From: Euglena gracilis
Lineage: Eukaryota
Length of the DNA stretch: 64,000 bases
Assembly (NCBI GenBank): GCA_039621445.1
Contig: CP154954.1
Coordinates: forward strand, 38,549,703 to 38,613,702
Direction of reading: 5' to 3'
The notes beneath the pieces were generated by a model. It was not told the origin of the DNA. It saw only the letters and a list, made by a program, of their open reading frames with translations, and did not search any database. Of the stretch, positions 11,901-23,559 are shown one piece after another; position 1 is the stretch's first letter; each line of letters opens with the position of its first letter. The position numbers and the translations under genes are program-made.

Positions 11901-14900
11901 ACTGCAGCTTTCAAAAGAAAAATGCTGTAAAACTTTTGCAAAAAAAACAATTAACAAGGCCTTGAATTTTTCAGAACTTGGAGAACTCCTTCCGAAAGCC
12001 CCCAAAATTTTTTCGAATGCTGCCACCAGCTGCTGAAACAGTCCTTGATTCCCGCTGTCGTGCAGCCGCCAGTGCATCTGAAGACTTCATTGGGCAGTCT
12101 ATTACCGGGGTCGGTGTCGCTTCATTCCGGCGGTGCAGCCCCGCGTGCACCACCGCGCCGCGGTGGTGCACGCGGGGCTGCACCGCCGGAAAGCGGCGCT
12201 CCAGCAGTGGACACAACAGAGGCTTTTTTATTCGGTGGGCAAAAGGGTCATCACTGGTCATGTGCTCTCGGGGGAGGCAAGCAGGGAGGGGACCCAGGCT
12301 GAAAAAGCCTGCTCGCTGGCTGGACAGGTCCCCCGGGCACGCAGCACACGCCCCGGTTGGGGCACTGCCACACAGCTGATTTGGAGAGCCAAGAGGAGGC
12401 AGTCCCCCGAGGGGCGGGAAGGGCCCTTGCGCGGCGATCATCCACTCGAACGCCGCGATGCTGGCCGGCGACGCGGGCACGAAGAACAGCCCCGCGTTGA
12501 ACGTGTCGGCGGGGCGGGGCCCGGTCATCGCGGCGCGCGGCGCTGTCCCTGGTCGGGGGGGGGGGCTTGATGTAATGGCAAAGCTGTGAGCCAAATGGTG
12601 CCTTGCGCGGAGCCGGCCAACAGATCGGGTGCGTTTGAAACGAGGGCGGCGCCACCTCAGCCGTGGTCTGCTCGAGGGGCAGCGGGTGGCTGTACGGCAC
12701 ATCGGACGGGGCCAGGCCCCGGCCGACCCCTCCCTGGGCAGTAGCCGTGCCCCGGAACGCTGTTTTCACACAGAGGTTCCCTCTGCTTCGTGCAGGAGGA
12801 CCCTAAATTCTCATTTGCGGGTTTGCGGAGTCCTCCATGAGCTTCCCAATGTTTCATCCACCGAAAAAATTGTTCGGTTTGATCCCTTGGGCATTTTCCA
12901 ATATTTTTCCGTTCAGATGGTGAGAATTTTTTGTTGGCCATCCAATGGGATTTGGCTCAAGGCAACTCCAATCACGAACCATCACAAATCAGATTCCTCG
13001 GGATCCTCCAGGTTTTGTGTACCGGCATCCTTATCAACAAGGTATATCGCCCCCCCTCCTCCATCTTTGGCACATCGATTGTATTTGACCATTACTGTTT
13101 CACTTTGTTAAACCAGTCAATTTGCCAGAACATGCCATTTCTGGAGCTAAACATATCCACACAGAAATGTGGCAGAGGAGAGAAATTTGAGCATCTGAAA
13201 TGCAAACAATTGGGAGGGGTTCAATTTGGGGGGGGGGGCAATAACATAACTGGGGAGGGGTACCATCTTTTTGATCTTGGTCATTCTGGGACACCACCCC
13301 ACGAAAGAAAACTTTTTGCACCATCTTTGATGGCCAAAAACGCACATACTCATAACCATAATTGGCTGAATCAAACTCCTATGTTTTTTTAAACACTCCC
13401 AAAGAAGCCCCTTTTTCCTTCACTTTTGTTGAATGAGGGCTTCATTGAACCATATTCTGATGTTTGGTACATTTCTCAAGTTTTTGTGGAAATCCTGAGG
13501 AGTGTGATATCATGACTGTCGCCGCAGAAACCGAATTCCCTGGACAGGAAACTGTCCTCTGTTCGTTCTTGTCAGCTGTCCCATGACAAATTTGAAGCAA
13601 AATTGTGAACATTGTTTTGAAGCCTCTGATCAGGAAAATATGCAAAATTGCCCTTTCTGTTCTTTGGGGGATTTTTGTGCCGGCTGCGGTCAAAAATTTT
13701 CCTATGCTTTGGGCCAGGTTGAAGGTGCCGACCCTGCCGGTCGACCGGCCGACCCCCCCCCCCCAATTAGAATCCCCCCAGGGCCACTATTCTGAGGAAA
13801 ACCTGAGGGGGGCCTCTAATTGGGTACCCTTGCCGACTTGCCTGGAGACTGCAGATGTTGATTTCTACACTCCATTCGATATTTTCGCGTGGACAAAATG
13901 TTTTTCAAACTTAATTTCTCAATTTGGTGTCAGACAGCTTTGTTCAAACAGAGGCACAGGAGTTAAACTGGTCAGCAATAACAACCTTGAGATCCCTTCC
14001 TCCTGAAGAGTTTGAAAGCAAATATGTCCATGACCCAGGAGGAGGGGGTCACTTTCAACTTTCAAAAAAACCACTGAGTCACTCTTTGAACCCAGTCAGT
14101 TCCTATCAGGGATTTTTCCCCTTTAAAACCCAGGGTCTACCCCACCCCCCGTCTGGTTGACCCGCTGTCTGGGTTATCATCAGGGGTTTTCTTAAATCGG
14201 AGGGGACTCAACCTCCCAGCCAGCCAGCACCATTTTCTCCAGCCAGCACCTCCTGGGCTGTGGACCCCCCCCTGTGGATCTGTTGAAACATAGTTTGGGC
14301 CAGCCCGGAAACCTTTTTGAGGTGAACCCCAAACAAAAAAAAACCCTAACCCTAACCCTAACCCTGACCCTAACCCCAGCCCTAACCCTGATCTCCTCAA
14401 AAATGCCATTTTGGCCATTTTTGACCCCCTCTTCCCCCCCCCCCAAAAAACTCGAGAAGATGGTCAAAAATGGCCAAAATGGCACTTTTGTGTGGTTTTG
14501 GGTTCTCCCCTCCAAAATGAAAATGCTAATCTAGCTGATTTGGGCATTTTTTTGTCTGGAGTTTGGGTACAGTCCAGCTGCCAGCCGACCAGTCCGGGGG
14601 CAGACCGGGAAAGCCGACCCCCCCTCCTGGACCCCCCACCCTGGGCCAGGTGGGGGGGGGTCCAGCCAGCACTTTTTTCCAGCCGGCCCGCAGGGCCCCC
14701 GGGGGTCCTTCAGAAAACACCTCGTCATGTTTGAGGGACATGCTCGTAATCACACACAATAGTCGCCCCTCAGCGGACCCACAAGACCCCTGGGGAGCCC
14801 CACCCACCTCTGGGGGGGTCCACCCTTCAACCCCCCTATGTCGAACAGAAAAAAGCGGTAATATCTGTCCTCTGACCAGAGGGGGTTGTTAGATGTAGGT

Positions 14901-17900
14901 CGTTAGATAGGGTGTTAACCAAAAAAAACGGCATCCTCCGACTGGGGGCGGGGTCGATCGGGATCCAAAAATAAAGTCCAGGGGCTGGGGGGTGTACCCG
15001 GAAACCCCCAAAAGGTAAATTTTTTCCTGTCAGCGTTTGCGCCGAAAACCTTTGAATTTTTGACAAGTTTATGCCCAAAAAGTTCCCAAAATGACATTTT
15101 TGGCCGATTTGGGCGGCAAAAACTCCAACCAGGTGGACAGCTTTTCAAAGGTATTTGCAAAGGTAGCAAAAATCTGACCAAACCTTCGAAAAGGTGTCCA
15201 CCAACCTGGGGGGGGGGTCGTCAGACATTGGGGGGGGGGGTCGTGGGACACGGAGGGGATAACCCCCTGTTTCCCAATTGGCCACTCAGGCTGAAAATGG
15301 CCAAAATCAATGTACTTTGGCAACTTTCTAAAAAAAATTCTGGCTGCATGTCAACGACATTTTGATTCGGACAAGTGCCAGTTGCAACTGCAGAAGAAAG
15401 ATTCCATTTTTTTCCTGGTGATTTGAGATCCTTCATGATTTTCGTGTGGCAGAGCCCTGCCTTATACAGCGGATCATGAGTTGCTAGAGAACAACCAGCC
15501 CAGGGGCCGGGGTCCCGCCCTCTGACGGATGAGGTCCCGTCCTCAGACGGGGCCTGCGCTGGGCGTACATCACGTCCCGCAGGGAAGGGTTCACCAGCGG
15601 CAGCGGGTTGCGGAACGCGGGAAGGGGGGCGCTCGCAGCAGTGCAGCAGTGGGGCTAAGCACTGCAAGGAAGGCTGTTCCAGAGACCTCCCAACCTGCCG
15701 CGAATCCCCTGCCCAGGTGTTGCCGTGAGGGTGTGAACGACACGGTGTGTGTTGGACAAAGGCGGGAGGTAGGTTGCTTCAGGTGGATGCTCGCTGAACA
15801 AAATACAAATACTTTGAAGATGACCCCTATTTCAGGGACAAAAAAAAACAGAGAACTCGCCGAGACTGAAACTAGAAAATGGAGATATTGAATTGGGGAG
15901 TACCTCTCCCCAGAAAATTCAGCCGACACCTTCCTGGTGTCGTTGCCTACGTGGTATTGCAGTTCAAATGATTTGCAGTGTGTTTTGGGGGAATCAGAGT
16001 AAAATGGTAATTTTTGGCGCTCACCATAGTTCCCTGCAATAAAAGCGACACCACCCTCTCCAAGACAACGTCCGAGTCGATGACGAACAGGGCGTGGATC
16101 CACGGCGGGTCACAGAAAAATGCAGACCGACCCTCGGTTCCACCTGTCTTGCCGAACCGGTTGGTGCGGTTCCTGCAACCCCAGGAACCCGGACCGCACG
16201 GGGAACAAGGCCTGACGTGTTGGGGTGGAGCCGCATCGGCAAGTCAACACCGGCGCACACCTGTGCCAACCTGGCCACACAGTTGCCTTGGTGATGTGGC
16301 GGTGTTCAAATTCATCTGGAAACGGAAACTGGAACCTGCATTGCTTTCGACCATAATATCCGCCCCTCCCCGGGCAATTGTCGCGTGACAAATTGGGCAG
16401 TATGGAGGGGGGTGACAATTTCCCGGGGTGACAATTTGGCCGGCACAGAGGGGGGTGACAATTGCTCGGGGGCGTCAAATGCCCAAGGCGTCAATTCACC
16501 CATGTAAGGTATATTTAAACCAAATCACCAAGACACCATCAGAAACACAAGTGAACGCAGCAAAAATGCAGCTATGGTCGTGATATATGGCCATCATCAT
16601 TCAAACCAACCACTCTTCTAGCAGCATATGATCCATCACTCCATTCATATTGCACAACCGAGTTCACAGAAAGAAGACATCTTCTGGGGGGGGGGGGAGG
16701 TGACAAATTGGGTAGCACGGAGGGGGGTGACAATTTCCCGGGGTGACAAATTGGCCGGTGACAATTGCCCGGGGGCGTCAATTGCCCAGGGGGAGGCGGG
16801 TAGCACAAAAGCATCCCTGGGAGCTATTCAGGAACCCAGGCAGGAAAAAAGGCCACCGACCATCCACCGGGGGTGAACCTCGGCGGCGGAGAGAACGACC
16901 GCCAGGGCAGCCTGACCCGGCCCTGGGCAGCCGAGCTGCAGGATGCGGTGGATGACGAAGATGCGCAGGCGGCACAGCAGGCGGTACACGCCGTTGCCGA
17001 ACCGCAGCGGCCCGCTGGGGACGGCCACCTTGGCGAACCACGGGAAGACGGGCAGCGAGCGCCGCACGCCGGCCTCGTACATCGGGCGGGCGGGGCTGCT
17101 CCGGCGCGTTGGGCAATGTGGGGGGGGGGGGCTCCACGCTCCAGCGGAGGAATGTGGGGGGGCATTCCTGGGAATTGCCACAGGACCCCCCCCCCCTGAC
17201 AGCCTGAGGGGTCCAGCTGGCTGGATGGGGGAAACACTTGGTGGCTGGACCCCCCCCCGTGCGTGAGAGGTCCAGCCAGCTGCAGTCGGGCCTGGCTGGC
17301 ACCCGAAAAGGGGGGGGGGAAACGAAATGCAGCTGGGTTTAGATTCTTCAGCCAAAAAATTGGGGAAATCCGAGGCTTTTGTTTTTGCCATTTTTTAGCC
17401 CTTTTTTCCAAATTTCTTTTTTCCAGAAAAAAAATTATCAAAAAAATTCTCAGCCCTTTGCGCTGGAAAATTTTTGGTCCAGCCTGTGCCCCAACTGGGT
17501 AAAGTAGTCGGGAAAAAATGGACAACATGTGCGAATGCATTGACATAAAAAATTACCACAAAAAAAACATTTACCAACAGCGCTCCTCCATTCCGTCCTG
17601 CTGTGGTATATGGAGGGTTCCTGTGTACGGAAGAAGCTGGACTTCTGGGGACATCCCACCCAGCAGATTTATAAGGAGAGGGGGGTCGGCACCAGGCTGT
17701 TTTTTACCAACCCCGGAGTGCCTTGGGGTGCCTGCCCAGGCAGGCACCCCCCCCCCCCCGGGGTGGGATCGGCACCCGACTAAAAAAAACAGCCTGGTCG
17801 GCCCCAGGAGGGTCAGAAATAATCCAATGCTGAAAAAAATAGGGGGCAAACCCCCCACGCCAAATCCCACCCCCCCAAAGTCCCCAGTCCCATCCGTCTC

Positions 17901-20900
17901 TTTGTGAGAAGGCCCGGCTGGGGCATCCAGTGCAGCGATGACGTAGTGAGGCAGCTGGAGCTTCTCCAGGTTGCAGGCGAAATTCAACACGAAATGGCCA
18001 CAGCCCCCTGCCCCTCTCGGCCCACCCCCCAGGAGAGGAAACTGCCGGCCCATCACATTGAACATGGCACGGCACTCAGGTATTCGTTTAAATACCCATC
18101 TGTCTGTGGTGCAGGTCTGCCGGTGAACCCGCCCCCCCTAAAAAAAAATGCGGGGCCGCTACAAGCGCAGGGTCCAAATAAAAGCGCACCCCCCCCCGTC
18201 GTCGAAGGCGGCGGTCCACTACAAGCACACCCCCCATTTTGACAGGATTTTTGAAGGAAATCAACAAAAATTGGGCAGGGAGGGTCAAAATAGAAGCGCC
18301 GCCCCCAGAGGTAGCAGTCCGCCATCAGCGCACCCACGCTTCTATCAGGGAGGGGGGTTTACAACCTCCCAACTTCCGCTCTGGCTGATTGGTGGCTGTT
18401 GCCGCTCAGTTTGGGGTGTGGGTGAGCCCTCAAAACACAGGCACAATTGGTTGGATGTGAGTTTGGGCATGTTTGGACCCACATAATCGCGCTAAGGAAG
18501 CGGACAAAAATAACACACAAAAAATGTGAGGAAAGTATTAAAAAATGGCTGTTTATTGGGAGAACTTATAGAAATCTTCCAAAAAATTTCGGAAATTTCA
18601 AAAAACTGCAGGGAATTGTGGGGAAATTGAACATTTTGGAGGGAATTGTGAAAGACTGGGATAAATGCAACATTGTGCAAGTGAAATGAAAACCTATTGA
18701 AAAAAATGAAAGCGAGGGAAAAAGTCACCAGACAAGGGGAAATACAAGAAAAAATCAATCCATTTTCCAAAAATTGTTTTCGCATTCTTACGTCATCCGC
18801 TGTGACATCCATCTGCCCTGCTTGTACACTGAAGCCAGAGGAAATACGAAAGAAGCCTGTGTGGTGAACAACATAAGCCAACAACTGCACAAGCTTTTTC
18901 AAAGACGCTTCTGGGGGGGGACAAGTCGCGAAGAAAAAGATGGCGGAGAAGGACAACAAAAAGCAACAAAAGTCTCAAAATAAACACGTCATTGGTCGTA
19001 TCAAACCTAATGTAGAGGCGATGCTGGTGCCCTGAATTCTCTTCCCGTTGTTCTGGGGGTTAAAAGGGAATTAAACACACAGGGTGATAGTGCTGATAGG
19101 GCTAATGGCGCTGAAAGGGTGATAGAAATGGGCAAATAAGAAAATGAAATCCAATTTGATAACTCTGCCGTGATGTGGACATGGACACTGCAGGGACATC
19201 GTTCCCAACCTTGAATCTAGAGATGACAATTCACATCATGGTTATCTGTGTGTGCGCACGCATGGGCGTCCGTGTGCGTGCGTGCGTGCGTGTGTGCGTA
19301 ATACGTGTCTGTGCATGGGTGTGTGTGTGCGCGCACGTGTGTGTTTGTGTGTGTATGTGCGTGCGCGCGCGTGTGTGCGCATGAATGCGTGCGTGTGGGC
19401 GTGTGCTGAATTTTATGTTGATCCTCCGCTGACTCCATTCTGCAGAGCCCATCCGCTTCCAGGCCGGAGGCTGGCCCCAGGTACCCGATGGTGGACGTCG
19501 TCAGCATGACCACCCCGTCCGGGCTGGCCCGCCGCCGCAGGAGGGCCCGCAGCTGGTCGTCACAGGAGCCGGGCTGCCCCGCCCCCCCCCCCACCCCCCA
19601 GTCAAAAGCCCGGCAATTCCGCCAGCACTCGACAGGCTGCGGCTTTGGGTGGCCCAACGTCAAGGCTCAACCCTGTCCCAATAACAGGGGTGTGGGGTCA
19701 CACCAGGTGGCGTGACCCCCACACCAGGTGGCGTGATCCCCAACACCAGGTGGCGTGACCCACCATTTGTTTGGCTCGTTTGAAGCCGCTGTGCCACTGG
19801 GCAGCCCTGCGGTCGGAGGCGGTGGACGGGCCCGAGGCGGGGAGGGCGTGGGCCCGAGCGACCTTGCGCGACCACTGCATCGGTCGCAGGGTCCGGGGGG
19901 GGGGGGGAGCGCTCTCCGCCCACGGAGGCCCCCCTCCAGCCACACCTCCAACCCCCCCTGCGACACATTGCGTTCGTCTGGGACGCATCGCCAGGGTCGT
20001 GTGTATGTGCAACACATGGGGAACCACCCCAGAAAAGCGACCCCACCCTCTCTGTCTCTCTGTGTGTCTGTGTTCCGTACCCGGAACCCCTGGGCGTCAT
20101 CTCTGCTGCCCGCGCGCAGTTGCCCGTCAGGATGGCGTCGGAGCTGCATCGCCGGCAGGCCCCTTCCCCCAGTGCGTCCGGACCCGCACCTCCCGGCCCA
20201 CATATGATGAAAGGCCGGGGCACTTGGATGAGGCTGAAACGAAGGGACCACTGTGTGGTGCGCGTCATATGACGCCTGTCCATGGGTGGCTAACACTCTC
20301 GGTACCCACCAATGTGCGGTGGGCACCTATTTTGAAACTATGGCCGAGCCATCTTGCGGAGTTACCAAGAGCAATCGTGCCAGCCGGAAATGGAAGAGCT
20401 CTGCTCACACCAAAAGCAACAATTGCACCAGCCTTGGAAAGGGTGCGGATGGCTGTGGTCTTTCTAAACGTCTCTGCGATTGTTTCTGTGTTTTTCTTGA
20501 CTTTGCAGTTTGGCACACACATGCGCGTGCGCATTGCTCGGGAGGTTGAACCGCGACTTCGGGAGCTGGGAGCGACTCATCAAATCTTTGAATGCGCCCA
20601 TGTCCATCCACTTAGCCATCAGCCGTGAAGTTTTGGGTCAAATTCATTTTTCTTGGATGCTGCAGAGCAGAGTTGGCACTCCACAAAAAGTGATATCCTG
20701 GCTGCTTGAACCCCGGCAGGTGCTTTGCCAAGGCCATGGGTCGAGGGGAGCGCCTGGGCGGCTTCGCAGCAGGATCCGGGGCAGCGAGTCCGCCGAGCCG
20801 TCGAAGTTGAGGCGCGCCACCCGTGGCTTGAGGCACGGGGCGTCCCGCCCGCCCTGCCGGCAGACCGCGGCGTGCCACGGCGCCTCCCACGGCGTGCCGA

Positions 20901-23521
20901 ACGCCGGCGGCAGGGAGGCCGGCCCGCCCCCAGCCGGCCCGCCCTGGCGGGGGCCTCCCTGACCACGGGGTACGTTACGGAGGCGTTGCTGGCTGGCCCC
21001 TGGCTTGGGATTGGCTGGGTTGAAAGGCTTGTCAAAGTTGGCCTTGCTTTTGCATTAGAGAGGGGTTTCAATAACAGCCCCAAAAAATTGGGACCCTGGG
21101 CGAAAATTTTGGCTGTTCGAAATTATGTTGGCAGAGACATGGAAAAAACATTTTCTCCAACGAAAGAAAACGTCATGCAACACAGGTCCCCCCAAGAATG
21201 ACACAATAAGAAAAAAACCAAAATCAGTTTTCACGAAATCCACAAAAATACCTCAAGCGGAAAGGAAGCTGTCAGTGGTCCAGTCTTCTAATTCCCCATT
21301 GGATGGTCCAGCCTGTGCCATTTGGGAGGGGATGTGCCCAAAACTGGCGATTTCACAGTTTTGCTGATCGGGGGGGGGGGGACTTCAGTTTGGCGCTTTG
21401 CGCCGTCCCTTAAACCGAAAATCGGTTACAAAATTGGTTATATTTGGAGGGGATTACCCCTTGGCAATCGCCCCCTCAGCTGCCCGTATGTCAACCAGTC
21501 CACCCAGAGATTTTGCTGATCCTTTGTAGCACGGGTGGGTGGGGGATAAGAACACCCAAATCCCAGAGAATTTGATTTTTCAGGGTGGGTAACCCCAAAA
21601 AAACACAACACCGGTTTCTTGGACCCCTTCCTTGTTGATACCCTGTTTCCATAAAAAGAAACTGTGTTTTGAAGATTTCCAAAAAAAATCGCCAGGAGGG
21701 CATTCGGAGTTTGGATTTCGACCAACAACTCCTTGATTTACGATCCACACCAAAATTGTCAAAAAAAAACCGAATAAAATGAGGCAGCAGGCTGAGACTG
21801 TTTGCATGCCATACATGCAGAAAGGGATGGCTGAAATAGAAATTTAGCCAGACCCCCCCCCAGAAAACTGTCATCAGACAGGTCTTACAATAGGGACCCT
21901 GACACACCCCGGAAGGGGGGGGGGTGGGTGAGGCGGCGGGAGAAAAGGGCGCCTGTGAGTTGGGGGCCAGGCTGTAGGACAGGGAGGTGGAAGGCTGGAA
22001 CAGCAGCCGCATCGAGGCGTCCCGCGTCTCCTTGGGCCCAGCGAGGCCTTGCCGGGGGGGGGGGGGGGGGCCCCCCGTTGGCCAGTCAGCCAGTGCCCCC
22101 ATTCACAACACGGAGAGGCAGGCGCTGGCCGGAAAGGGACCGCCGGGGGAGGCTTGCCAGTGGCAGTGGCAGCCCCCGCTCAGCCCCCGCGTTGTGTGTC
22201 GCGTTGTCACATTGAGGACTCTGGTGCAGGGCTGGGTTGGGCCTCATTGGGACGTTTGATCGAAACGCAACTGCCTCCCCTCCCCCACCCAGGGATGTAT
22301 GGAAAGCCTTGAGGGGGGGGGGTTCGACCCCCCCCCTCTCCCGCCTCGAAACTGAAGGGGGGCCGGGTTTCGGTTTTGTGGCCGGGCAATGGTCCAGATA
22401 CCACGCCAAAATTGGCCAAAAATGGCTGACTTTTCGGCATCAAACAATTCGAAGCCATATGCAACCATTAGAAGCACATGCAAATGGGGGACAGCGTTGG
22501 GGGAGTCCCCCCCCCCACGCTGGGTCCGGGTCTGACCGGGGGCTGGCCAGCACGGCGCTGATGTCCACCACGTGCCGCAGGCCGGTGCTGACTGCCGCCG
22601 CCATGAGCCACGCGTCCGCGGCGGGGGGGCAGGCCTCGCCCCGGAGGTTGGGGAGCCGGGGGGAAGGGGGGGGGGGTTTCCCGGCATAACTCTCCTATAC
22701 CGACCCGGCCCAGCAGCTTGGCAGCCCGGCCCATCCCAGCCTGGCCTGGCACAGAACAATCGATCCTTTTGCCCCCAAAAAGGCCGTGAACGGCAGACTG
22801 GTACAGTCGGAAGCCTGCAGAGCTGTTTTGGGGGGCAGATTGGCCAAACCTCAGGCTGTCCTTTCTCACAGCGCAGGGCCGGCGGGGGCCCACCCGGCAT
22901 GGCGGGCCGACCCGGGGAAGCAAGGCCGGGGCCGGGGGCCGGGGCGGGGGCCTGGGCCGGGGTGGCGCCGGGAAACGGGGGGACGGGGACGTCCGCGAGG
23001 GGCACCACCTCCCCGGCGAAGGTGTTCCACAGCCACAGGTACGGGTCCCGCGGGGCCGGCGGCAGCCAACGATGTGCCAGCAGCCAACGGTGGGTGGTTG
23101 TGGCAAACGCCAAAACCACCCAATAAACGCACAGATGCACCTTCCTTAGGTGTTGTGGGGGCTCATTTTGTATGATCCTGCCTGGAGTTGCTATTTTTAT
23201 TCAACTGAGTTGGTAACTATTTTTTGATGAGGTCAAATTCTTTGATATGACCTCAACTTGCGCACCAAACAATACCAGCAACGGCACCAATAAAAGGTCA
23301 AAAAATTGGGGGTTTTCAAAACTTTTTGTTACAAAATAAATGCATGCATACATACACATATAAACAATACATACATAATAATGTTAACTTTTGGGAGCAC
23401 ACAAATTGCACAACCTTCTAAAAAGAGAAGTGGTTTTTGTCTTCTCTGTACAGAAAATTGTGGCTGCCTCACACAAAGAGACCTCTGTTTCATACTCATG
23501 TGTGTGGGTGTGTTGTGTTGT

Positions 23522-23559
<38 letters not shown>

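Noticed and set aside
19701-19764. Three 21-22-bp direct repeats CACCAGGTGGCGTGA as a CRISPR-like array
   Set aside because: No unique spacers, no cas genes and a eukaryotic context; a simple minisatellite
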